A stretch of DNA of 64,000 nucleotides from Oscillospiraceae bacterium (GTDB lineage: Bacteria; Bacillota; Clostridia; Oscillospirales; CAG-382). Below are positions 52,901-60,362 of this stretch, one piece after another (positions within the stretch are counted from its first letter, which is position 1; each line of letters begins with the position of its first letter). Under the pieces are notes generated by a model. The model was given only the letters and a program-made list of their open reading frames with translations. It was not told the DNA's origin and did not search any database. The stretch lies in NCBI GenBank assembly GCA_015065165.1, contig SVQU01000006.1:10081-74080 (forward strand). Direction: 5' to 3'. Both the position numbers and the translations under genes were made by a program.

Positions 52901-53099
52901 TGCCCAACGAACTCTCGAACATAAAGGTAATAGACAATGGGGCATATACGCTGATACTCAATCGGCTGCAAAAGCATTAGCTGTTGTTTTGGGTTCGTCA
53001 GAAAAACCCAAAGTGCATGGTTCGGGATATTATGGCCACTATCATGATTTTACACACACTTTCCATATATGGTATGGTGGTAAAATCATATATAAATAA
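49851..53099 (+). CDS. RHS/YD-repeat polymorphic toxin (WapA-like), probably N-terminally truncated
   Basis: YD repeats, NPFRYRGYYYD, RYYNP..GRF, NMYAYC..DP...DPMG core end, then TM segment and His-rich tip; no signal peptide or RBS. Confidence 0.88.
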   Translation: MMFLKNYLTTLCFNNSKSLAVVSDLDSEAYACQTINVKKEDSTRQTFTLSGWAKGEGIIDREREACEKPSFCLRACINYKSGECEEHIAEFSPCTDGWQFASVEFAKEKFCAVESIKVYCDYSNNVGTAYFDNIQLVCNSIETELFADDFTTISEDYSADEDTAEDTFNPGFSTEAEETDSAPEFEEARDPHGNPFTETNFVDGEFGTIYRSFKYYNDMDHIGNDLTCETDPRGNETKYDVNTNTSKNNAVIDRCGNKTEYEYDRFGEVSKVTSFEKIGVDDEGNPIYHPLADVSYAYCEFGQLGMISRGDGMKYNIDYDEFNQLQAIGIKGKPEKLVKYDYKTGSGRLKSVTYANGNVMYATYNSIGQMISETWKDTEDGNIIAYYKYVYDGSGNIVRSLDIVSGIEYTYTYEEGRIVRATETVVIYDSNCIAVSRGDTNTIFYSYNNEGQLVKKRVVTSDGAERITYYEHNDDNTIVKFSAGGLNATAHSKTDGFGRKIFDEVQTGRGFVSRQFSYHAGAVTDAHKDSDKVKSSPTTQLVSRIELSDGRSLSYEYDAEERITSVVESYAVDGQPVTNTILYTYDALGQLLTETVNGVVVNEMTYDNYGNILTKNGKIYTYGDSVWKDKLTAIDGQAITYDAQGNPVSYLGHDLTWEKGRQLKYFDGVSYTYNANAIRTSKTVNGAKHTYILDGTKILREHWMECATPHTITPLYDNEDSVCGIDYGNHTFYFLKNLQGDVIAIADIEGNVVGRYSYDAWGVPTITQDSSFTVWEKGVELYSFNIAEVNPFRYRGYYYDNEIGLYYLQSRYYNPVTGRFVNADIPEIIVLHGRYSLNVNMYAYCNNDPVIGNDPMGMLDAAGAASWLNATDVFNMYAQDLYTAYAATLTKIGLYITAFLTPKVSAAFWWQPWLIAGIVVAAVAIVIASVAIIYNAKVKERERERQKYLTSDKTLSDVKLKLQSGKHYHLAYISKQGELYKTGNKMTFVQALIALGITGAVNSITRRYKYDKTKSSTAQRTLEHKGNRQWGIYADTQSAAKALAVVLGSSEKPKVHGSGYYGHYHDFTHTFHIWYGGKIIYK

Positions 53100-53120
53100 T
53101 CTCAAATGAGGATAATTCAT

Positions 53121-53522
53121 ATGCAATGTTATGAAATGCTTTTACCATATTTTAGATATTATAGAGATGAAGAAACATCTGATAACTTTTCGTGGTGGTT
53201 CTGTGTTTTAGATGAAAATATATACGAAACCAATGATATATACAAAGAATTTGGTTACACTTCAATATGCGACATTTGCGATTCGGGCAAATTCATCGAA
53301 TTATACAAAGTAGATATTATTGAAACCAAAAAAGTATTTTTAAAGCAGTATCATCCAAAAAGTCAAATTTTGAACATTGAACATGACGGAGAATTCGATA
53401 TTGCCTTTAACTCATTTATAGAAACCAGTTCCAGTTTAGATACATGGCAGGAATATGAAAAAGCTGTATTAGAATCAGCTCTATTGAAATGGAGTTCAGA
53501 TAATAATATCATAATTTATTAA
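53121..53522 (+). CDS. Putative cognate immunity protein
   Basis: Small acidic ORF directly after the RHS stop; RBS gagga. Confidence 0.6.
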   Translation: MQCYEMLLPYFRYYRDEETSDNFSWWFCVLDENIYETNDIYKEFGYTSICDICDSGKFIELYKVDIIETKKVFLKQYHPKSQILNIEHDGEFDIAFNSFIETSSSLDTWQEYEKAVLESALLKWSSDNNIIIY

Positions 53523-53702
53523 ATTAATCTATGACACTAATAAGTTTTTAGTTTTGGTATGGGAATGATATTATGGTCATTTCGAACATTGTATATTAAC
53601 GAATAATAACTCATTATTTTGACATAATATTTGCAATTTTCATTCCAATGTGATATAGTGTTTTCATAGTAGAACACACTATATCACATTCGGGGGATTT
53701 CT

Positions 53703-54089
53703 ATGAAAATCAAAACTATTGCTTTGTTACTTGTTGCGGTATTATGCTTTTCTTTAACTGCGTGCGGCGAAAGTGAAGCTAAACGTCCAATTGATTACCC
53801 AAACAGCAAATGGTCTTGCGATGTTGCCAGTATCACTTTTTCGGTATCGGATGATGGAAAAATCATCGATGCAACTATGGTAGATAAAGACGACAACACG
53901 TTGCCGATTTCAATTGTTTTTTCTGATACCGATGAAAACAAGGTAACCATAACCAATGCTGATGAAACCGAAACATATCTTTCCGGCACTTTTACATCCA
54001 GCAAAGACAAGTTCGTGATAACAGTAACCGATATTTACAATACGAATCTTAGTATTTCTTCCAGAAGTTTGATATTCAAACGTTCATAA
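53703..54089 (+). CDS. Lipoprotein
   Basis: Signal with lipobox LTAC. Confidence 0.8.
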   Translation: MKIKTIALLLVAVLCFSLTACGESEAKRPIDYPNSKWSCDVASITFSVSDDGKIIDATMVDKDDNTLPISIVFSDTDENKVTITNADETETYLSGTFTSSKDKFVITVTDIYNTNLSISSRSLIFKRS

Positions 54090-54240
54090 CTCAAAAAAGA
54101 ACCATCTGTTCAATCTCGAACAGATGGTTCTTATTATTTTTACCGCATAGTTTTAATATTTGAATGATACTTATTATACTCTTGAAATTTCACAAATAAA
54201 TGTTATAATATTATAAATCGACGACAATACTGAGGTTCTT

Positions 54241-54729
54241 ATGAAAGTTTCTGAATTAAGGCTTAATGATATAAAAGAAGTTAACGGTTCTATTAAATCA
54301 TTAAAAACCAAAGAAATTATCAATAAAATAACGCTGAGTTTTGATATTTCTTCAAGAAAGAAACTTGCCAAGTTATTTATTTGCAATATTGTTACACCAG
54401 ATGTGCAAAATTTGTGTATCGAACAATTATCTATAGAACAATCCGGGAACGAACTATTAACCAGAGGTCAATCTTCTTATGTCGATACCAAAACAGGATT
54501 TGTTTTATTTCCTCAAAGAACTTCCCCGCCCCACTTCGAAGCAACATTTCAAGCTAAAACGGCATCAACTACAGATACACAACGCTGTTACGATATAGAA
54601 ATGAATTTCGGCGATTTTTCATTCGACTTTTCAACCTCAGAAAAAATCGAACATGCCGATAAAATAATCTATAAAAATGTAAACTTGCTGATTCACCCTA
54701 GCGACAATATAGTAAAGGTTTTGGAATAA
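54241..54729 (+). CDS. Hypothetical protein
   Basis: RBS gaggt; TTGAAA-16-TATAAT promoter at 54182-54209. Confidence 0.65.
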   Translation: MKVSELRLNDIKEVNGSIKSLKTKEIINKITLSFDISSRKKLAKLFICNIVTPDVQNLCIEQLSIEQSGNELLTRGQSSYVDTKTGFVLFPQRTSPPHFEATFQAKTASTTDTQRCYDIEMNFGDFSFDFSTSEKIEHADKIIYKNVNLLIHPSDNIVKVLE

Positions 54730-54773
54730 GTTTCTTAACCATGTGTATCCATTATATGTAATTTTGATTTTTG

Positions 54774-54799
54774 TTTGACCACAATTTTGACCACAATTG
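54774..54799 (+). repeat. Tandem TTTGACCACAAT repeat, right (probable integrase arm site)
   Basis: Identical to 46290-46315. Confidence 0.75.
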
Positions 54800-54916
54800 T
54801 AACCCGAACAGAAAAAACAAACGGAATATATGTTTCAAAAATGCGAATTTTTGGCTGGAAAACATAACGAAAAGAGCCAAAATAATGCTTTTTTACCCAA
54901 AAAATGTTCTCGGAGC

Positions 54917-54963
54917 GCTTTGGGAGCAAGATGCTGCAGGTTCGAGTCCTGTCACTTCGACCA
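54917..54963 (+). pseudogene. 3' half of host tRNA-Pro(UGG), starting at the right attachment core
   Basis: GCTTTGGGAGCAAG ATGCT GCAGG TTCGAGT CCTGT CACTTCG ACCA; pairs with the 46148 half; terminator follows (54964-54998). Confidence 0.92.
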
Positions 54964-55024
54964 AAAAGGCTCAGGAAGTATTGTTTCCGGAGCCTTTTCT
55001 ATGTTTGACTTTCATACCTACCTA

Positions 55025-55053
55025 TTGCTAAATAGCCGCTGTTGTGATATAAT
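55025..55053 (+). promoter_or_regulatory. Sigma-A promoter TTGCTA-17-TATAAT at the head of the membrane-gene array
   Basis: Consensus spacing with extended -10. Confidence 0.65.
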
Positions 55054-55069
55054 TAAATGAGGTGATTAT

Positions 55070-55465
55070 ATGAACAAAACACATAAAATTATGATATTCA
55101 TCAAATTTGTTTTATTGGAATGTTTAATGTACGTATGCGCATTATTAAGTATAATATGTTATGCTGGTGGTTTTTATATTGATATATTAAATACTATAAT
55201 CGCAATAATCCTTGCACATGTAGGATATAAATTCACAACCGGGATTATTGATATCACATTTGTGTATATCAATTTATTGTTATCGGTTTATATAGGTTCA
55301 AAATATCAAACATTACTGTACTATAATAACATAAGCTCCGATCCACTAACATTAGTTGCTGGTGATACATTTATGCGCATTGCATTTATTACCACATTTG
55401 TATTTGTTATTTTGTTTATGATGATTAGAATTGTAAAGGTAATTAAAGCAAATAAATGTGTATGA
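55070..55465 (+). CDS. Small multi-pass membrane protein
   Basis: About 4 hydrophobic segments; RBS gaggtga. Confidence 0.7.
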   Translation: MNKTHKIMIFIKFVLLECLMYVCALLSIICYAGGFYIDILNTIIAIILAHVGYKFTTGIIDITFVYINLLLSVYIGSKYQTLLYYNNISSDPLTLVAGDTFMRIAFITTFVFVILFMMIRIVKVIKANKCV

Positions 55466-55586
55466 ATTTGATTATTCATCTAATTTTGTTTACACAAACA
55501 AGACAAGGCTAAACCTCATATCAACTACTTTAATAATTGATATCTTGTTGTTATTAGCGATTAACTATCTTGAACTCGTAAATAGT

Positions 55587-55652
55587 TTTCATAGCGATAT
55601 GCCTCACAGACAATGCGTTCTTGAAAAAGTTTATTCGTACTTGCAACTTTAA
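55587..55652 (+). pseudogene. Orphan gene 3' tail, copy 1 (FHSDMPHRQCVLEKVYSYLQL*)
   Basis: Homologous to 57647-57712 at the protein level. Confidence 0.55.
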
Positions 55653-55686
55653 ATTCCTTTATTACAACAGGAGAATGTAACATCAT

Positions 55687-56538
55687 ATGAAAATTTTCAA
55701 CATTTTGAAAACTGACAAAAAATATATAAAGTCGATATATGGTTTACTAATATTCCAATTGTATATCGCCATACTATATTGGATAGACGATAATCCAAGC
55801 AATAGCTATATATATATAATAGTGCATCCAATATTCTCGGCTATTTATGGTTGTACGTCTTTTCTTTCTTCCAAAAAAGTAATAGTTCCAAACTTGATTT
55901 TGGTAGTATGTACCATTCCTTTTTGTTATATTATCGAGTTGCTCTTTGATGATAGGATGCCGTTTTTATCTATATTAGGTCCTATCGTTTCTTTAATATT
56001 TTCATTGTTAATGAAGCTCGCGGTATATATTTCAAACAAATCAACCCAATCTCCTCAACCAATACAATCCCAAAAGACGGCGCAATTATATCAAGCACCG
56101 CAAATAACACAATCGAACAAACCAACGCAATCCGCAAAACGTGCTAAATATCTATTTCTATGTGTATATGCAGTCGCTGTGCTTGTAAGCTACGTTATTT
56201 ACATTTTTGGCGATGATGTGGGTTCTATAACACGCATTGTATCTATAATACGCGTTGTATATTGGGCTCTTTACGTGGTATCAATCTTTCCTTTACTCGC
56301 TGTTGGATACGGTATTTTTGCGTATTTACAAACCAAACGGGTTTGGTTGCCCAATTTGTGCCTATTTGTACTGTTTTTAACCTTGACGATTATTTTAGAA
56401 ATGACCAATACCTACTATGATATGCCAAATGGGTTCTGGATGTCTGTTTTACTGTTTATTATATCCACCGTATCTTCGTTAATTACAAAGGTTGTGGTTA
56501 AACGTAAAATGCGCAGTGAAGAACAGAGCGATGAATAG
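55687..56538 (+). CDS. Membrane protein with an internally duplicated multi-TM domain
   Basis: AIYGCTSFLSSKKVIVPNL and AVGYGIFAYLQTKRVWLPNL halves joined by a Q/T/S/P-rich linker. Confidence 0.75.
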   Translation: MKIFNILKTDKKYIKSIYGLLIFQLYIAILYWIDDNPSNSYIYIIVHPIFSAIYGCTSFLSSKKVIVPNLILVVCTIPFCYIIELLFDDRMPFLSILGPIVSLIFSLLMKLAVYISNKSTQSPQPIQSQKTAQLYQAPQITQSNKPTQSAKRAKYLFLCVYAVAVLVSYVIYIFGDDVGSITRIVSIIRVVYWALYVVSIFPLLAVGYGIFAYLQTKRVWLPNLCLFVLFLTLTIILEMTNTYYDMPNGFWMSVLLFIISTVSSLITKVVVKRKMRSEEQSDE

Positions 56539-56568
56539 GATTTATAATAGAATTTTTTATGTTATATC

Positions 56569-56630
56569 TTTCTGTTGTATAGACTTTTAAGTTAGGTACT
56601 TCTTTGAGGTATCAAATTGACAGAGGGCTA
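56569..56630. repeat. 62-bp intergenic direct repeat, copy 1
   Basis: 60/62 identical to 58251-58312. Confidence 0.9.
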
Positions 56631-56743
56631 TCTACTTTTATCAATACCTTAAAAAATACCGCACAACGAATACTTGATTTTGTAAAAGCTTTGATATGGG
56701 ACAGCATGATCAAAGCCTTTGCGCTCTGTGGTTGAGGAAATAT

Positions 56744-57238
56744 ATGTACAATCAATATGAAAATGTGTTACATGGCGTTTTGCGATATGAGCAAACACAA
56801 AATTCTATAATTATAATTTCGTCTATACTGATCTTTGCATTAGTTTTCTTTGTGGCGTTCAAATATACTCCCAAAGCAACTACTAACAAATTAATTATGT
56901 ATATCGTAATTGCAATTTTAGTTTTATCTTTTATCGGCTATATTATCTATTATTGGGTTTACACATCTAACATAGAAAAGGATATAGAAGATAAAAATTA
57001 TGTTGTTTATTCGGGAACATTTACGCATGATAACTTTCAAAAAGATTCCTTTTATCATAACATTTATATATTCGACGATGATGGACATAAATATAGACTA
57101 AATTATCCCGATTACGGAAATCAATATAAAACTTATCGAGAATTTGAAATATTACCATTCGATACCTTTAACGGAACAATAGTTTATACCAAAAATAGTA
57201 GAATCGTTTTAGAATGGTCGATAAGTAATGATGAATAA
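56744..57238 (+). CDS. Two-TM membrane protein with soluble C-terminal domain
   Basis: RBS gagg before ATG 56744. Confidence 0.7.
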   Translation: MYNQYENVLHGVLRYEQTQNSIIIISSILIFALVFFVAFKYTPKATTNKLIMYIVIAILVLSFIGYIIYYWVYTSNIEKDIEDKNYVVYSGTFTHDNFQKDSFYHNIYIFDDDGHKYRLNYPDYGNQYKTYREFEILPFDTFNGTIVYTKNSRIVLEWSISNDE

Positions 57239-57343
57239 CACATCTTCATAATTGATAGAACCACTAATATTATTCATAGAGCAAATTATTGTAACAATGC
57301 CACACTAATTCTTGTTTAGCTTGAACATCAAAAGGAGACGAAT

Positions 57344-57620
57344 ATGACCAAAACACAGAAAACGGTTATAAATATCATAACAATACTATTGCTTAACGTT
57401 GCTTTTTGGATATGTAACGATTATCCGCGCCATCTTTTGGAATTTGGCGAGGTAACGTCGGGCTTGTCGATTTTTCTTAATCTGTTGTATTTCGCCTTTT
57501 TCTATTACTTTGTGATTTTGGCGTTTAAACGCAACGAAACCCTGTTTTCCAACCGCTTTTGAGACGAAAAAACGGCAATAAAGTTTCTTCCCCTTTTACT
57601 TATTATCCAGCTTGTTTTTG
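57344..57620 (+). pseudogene. Membrane-protein pseudogene with premature TGA
   Basis: Good RBS; hydrophobic frame continues past TGA 57560-57562 (DEKTAIKFLPLLLIIQLVF). Confidence 0.55.
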
Positions 57621-57646
57621 ATGGCGGAAATGAATATTGGGATCTT

Positions 57647-57712
57647 TTTCATTCAAAAATGCCTCACAGAGAATGTGTTCTTTCAAAAGTAATGGAATGT
57701 CTATTAATTTAA
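57647..57712 (+). pseudogene. Orphan gene 3' tail, copy 2 (FHSKMPHRECVLSKVMECLLI*)
   Basis: Homologous to 55587-55652. Confidence 0.55.
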
Positions 57713-57739
57713 TATAGTATTTTTACGGAGTACTAACTT

Positions 57740-58192
57740 ATGAGAAAAAACATAGAAATAATAAACAAAAAATACAAAATGTTCTATATAATCTTTACTT
57801 TCATAAATGGTTTAGCATTTGCTGGTATTGCAAGCGGTGGCGACCTAGGAATGATGCCCATTTTAGTTCTTTTCTGGATTTTTTCCTTTTTGATTGCTAT
57901 TTTTCATGGGTATATAACTTATGCTAAAATTCATTCGTTTTTTATACCACATTTGTGTTTTTACATTTCTTGGGTTGTTTCACTATTGCCACTTATGTTT
58001 TTGCTTCCGAAAGAGGATATTGATGACTTAATTGATATTTTCCAGATAGCGTCTATTTTCTTGTTGATTTCTTGCATCGGAGCGTTGATAGCTAAAATAG
58101 TGATGATAATTAAAAGAACTAATATATCAAAAGTTAGTGAAATCATTTCTAAGGTTGAAGAAACAACATCAAGCGACACCGATTCAGATTAA
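57740..58192 (+). CDS. Multi-TM membrane protein, likely paralogue of the 55687 domain
   Basis: AIFHGYITYAKIHSFFIPHLC motif; RBS ggag. Confidence 0.7.
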   Translation: MRKNIEIINKKYKMFYIIFTFINGLAFAGIASGGDLGMMPILVLFWIFSFLIAIFHGYITYAKIHSFFIPHLCFYISWVVSLLPLMFLLPKEDIDDLIDIFQIASIFLLISCIGALIAKIVMIIKRTNISKVSEIISKVEETTSSDTDSD

Positions 58193-58250
58193 ATAGATAG
58201 TTAGCAATGTAATCAATTCTAAAATAAATGTTTGTTAGCTTATAGTCTAT

Positions 58251-58312
58251 TTTCTGTTGTATAAACTTTTAAGTTAGGTACTTATTTGAGGTATCAAATT
58301 GACAGAGGGCTA
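58251..58312. repeat. 62-bp intergenic direct repeat, copy 2, running into a hairpin (58307-58338)
   Basis: See copy 1; gggctactg...cagtagccc stem. Confidence 0.9.
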
Positions 58313-58379
58313 CTGACACCTAATGGGCGCAGTAGCCCCTTGTTGAAAAGAAATTGAATATTAAAGCAGATAATAACGG

Positions 58380-58613
58380 TTACTTGTAAAAGAACCGTTT
58401 TTTCTGTATGCATAGACGTAAAACATTTGAGTTATCTTGACAATTTGGGCATTTTCGAAGCCATACATCGCAACCGTTTGCCATGTATTTATGTCCGCAA
58501 TCGAGGCATTCCATTTCAAAAAATTTCTGGTTATTGTGAGTTTCGGACATTCCTCTGTATCCGAGATTCTTTTGATTATTTTTGTTTATATATCCTTCGT
58601 CTGTTGTTTTCAT
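58380..58613 (-). CDS. Small zinc-ribbon-like protein
   Basis: CxxC...CxxC; RBS aaggag. Confidence 0.7.
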   Translation of the reverse strand: MKTTDEGYINKNNQKNLGYRGMSETHNNQKFFEMECLDCGHKYMANGCDVWLRKCPNCQDNSNVLRLCIQKKRFFYK

Positions 58614-58634
58614 ATTGTTTTATCTCCTTGTTGC

Positions 58635-59237
58635 TTACATATCCATCAAAGGCAAGCGGAAAATCATAATTCGTTCTCTACTGTCGTTACCGTCAAAAAG
58701 GTCGCCACAGTCTATTTCGTCGTAAAATTCCAGCTCGTTCACCGTGGTAAGGTAACACATATACTCGCTTGATGGATAATAGAAAAACAAAAACATTTCC
58801 CTTGGGGCGGTATAATAGGATTCGATAATTCTTGCCATAACCGAACGAAGAATCTCCACGGAAAATGGGTTGAAGAAATAGCACCTATTGACATCTTGCG
58901 GAACTTCGAATTCTTCTGCACGAGTGGCTACAAAATCTGCCTTTGCTCTTGCCGTTTTTAGATTTCCTATGGCACGGGCATAAATTCGCTCGTCGTATTC
59001 AATTCCTATGGTCTTGGCTTTCGCCTGATACGAGAGGAAAAAGGAGACACGACCTTTCCCACAGCCATAGTCCAAAACCACATCGCCCTTACGAATAAAT
59101 CCACTGTTCGCCAAGCGTTCCAAAACACAGTAGGGCGTTGGCTCGTAGGGATAACGGTACATGTCAGCATTGCTGTCATCCCGACCGCTTGTTTTTATGT
59201 TTAACAGCTTGTCCCATGCATTTTCGTTATCTATCAT
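58635..59237 (-). CDS. Class I SAM-dependent methyltransferase
   Basis: YEPTPY, LDYGCGKGR, FFNPF. Confidence 0.88.
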   Translation of the reverse strand: MIDNENAWDKLLNIKTSGRDDSNADMYRYPYEPTPYCVLERLANSGFIRKGDVVLDYGCGKGRVSFFLSYQAKAKTIGIEYDERIYARAIGNLKTARAKADFVATRAEEFEVPQDVNRCYFFNPFSVEILRSVMARIIESYYTAPREMFLFFYYPSSEYMCYLTTVNELEFYDEIDCGDLFDGNDSRERIMIFRLPLMDM

Positions 59238-59989
59238 TGTTCGCCTCTGTATTTACGTAAAATCTCCATAATATCACACTCATACATGTTTCCGCCGAGA
59301 ACGTCGCCGTTTGGTGAGAACGAAACACAATGCACGTCGTGCGAGTCTTCGATATACGGATTCTTGGGAAGCTCATCCGTAAAATACTCGGCGAGATATT
59401 TCAGCGCATTACCCTCGGGGAAAATGATATTTCCCTCTCCCACCGGAATCTCCATATCGCCAAAGCTGTTAAGTATTTCTCTCGTTTTGCGGTTGTATGG
59501 GTTATCATCAGTCTTGCTTACCAACCACGCAGGTTGAAGGCGCATTGGAATACCTTTTTTCTTTGCTTCATCGGCAAAAACTTTAACCGCTTCAAGCGGA
59601 ATAGTTTCCTGATGAAAGGCATCAACAGAAAGAAGCAAATCGTTCACGCCACATTGGGCAAGACGCTCTGAAACTTCGCAAATCTGCTCGACATTCTTTG
59701 AAAAGTAACCGTTGGTTATTACCTGGCGTTTAGGAATATTCAGTTCCTTTGCAGCGTTCATAATTTCATAGACGGCATCTGCATACAAAAGCGGTTCTCC
59801 GCCGAAAGTCATCACAGTTTTGATGTTATACTCCGCCGCAATTTTTCGCACCGCATCTGCGGCAATTAGCGGATCGATTCGCTCACCGCAAGAGGTATGA
59901 TCGCCCTCGGAGCAGTGTTTACACCGACCTGTGCAGGCGTAGGTTACGACGAACTCGATTTTGTTTAGGTTTTTAAGGTATTGGTTCAT
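59234..59989 (-). CDS. Radical SAM protein
   Basis: CTGRCKHC, FGGEP, ITNG, SVDAFH. Confidence 0.9.
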   Translation of the reverse strand: MNQYLKNLNKIEFVVTYACTGRCKHCSEGDHTSCGERIDPLIAADAVRKIAAEYNIKTVMTFGGEPLLYADAVYEIMNAAKELNIPKRQVITNGYFSKNVEQICEVSERLAQCGVNDLLLSVDAFHQETIPLEAVKVFADEAKKKGIPMRLQPAWLVSKTDDNPYNRKTREILNSFGDMEIPVGEGNIIFPEGNALKYLAEYFTDELPKNPYIEDSHDVHCVSFSPNGDVLGGNMYECDIMEILRKYRGEQ

Positions 59990-59990
59990 A

Positions 59991-60362
59991 TTAGTCTTTG
60001 ATGTAAGTATCGATCGCATCCGCTACAAATTCGGCGGTTCCTTCGCCGTATTTGTCGATGTTATTCTTGAATCGCTCGTCGGCGGTGTACATCTTACCAA
60101 GCCCTGCAAGAATATCATCCGTGCAGGTGTAGTAGTTGGCGGTGATGTGAGATTGAAGTTTTTTAACAAGCGCCTGTGCTTCGGCAGAATCGGCAGTTAC
60201 GCCGCTATTTTTGAGCGTTGCAAACTCGGCAAAAATAGCCATCAAACCATCGTTTGCTTCCGCCCATTTTTCTTTTGAATAGTTATTTGTTTTCTCGGTA
60301 TATTCGGTATAGGCGTCGGTATTTCCAAAGCGTTCTTTAGTTTCATTTGAATAGTTATTCAT
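59991..60362 (-). CDS. Stand-alone TipAS antibiotic-recognition domain protein
   Basis: GLGKMYTADERF...GTAEFVADAI; no MerR HTH. Confidence 0.85.
   Translation of the reverse strand: MNNYSNETKERFGNTDAYTEYTEKTNNYSKEKWAEANDGLMAIFAEFATLKNSGVTADSAEAQALVKKLQSHITANYYTCTDDILAGLGKMYTADERFKNNIDKYGEGTAEFVADAIDTYIKD

Larger units (their letters stand above)
46176..54930. mobile_element. Integrated genomic island (tyrosine-integrase type, decayed) inserted in tRNA-Pro(UGG)
   Basis: 14-bp direct repeat GCTTTGGGAGCAAG at 46176-46189 and 54917-54930; tRNA halves outside; arm-like repeats; integrase remnant; AT-rich cargo. Confidence 0.9.

Noticed and set aside
46190-54916. Insert in the tRNA as a self-splicing intron, or trans-spliced tRNA halves
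   Set aside because: The duplicated 14-bp core, arm-like repeats and integrase remnant point to DNA-level site-specific integration; I recognised no group I/II intron motifs or complementary leader/trailer sequences.
55070-58312. Integron cassette array (GTTAGGT in the 62-bp repeat fits GTTRRRY)
   Set aside because: No matching RYYYAAC inverse core or attC-like palindrome, and no IntI-type integrase seen.
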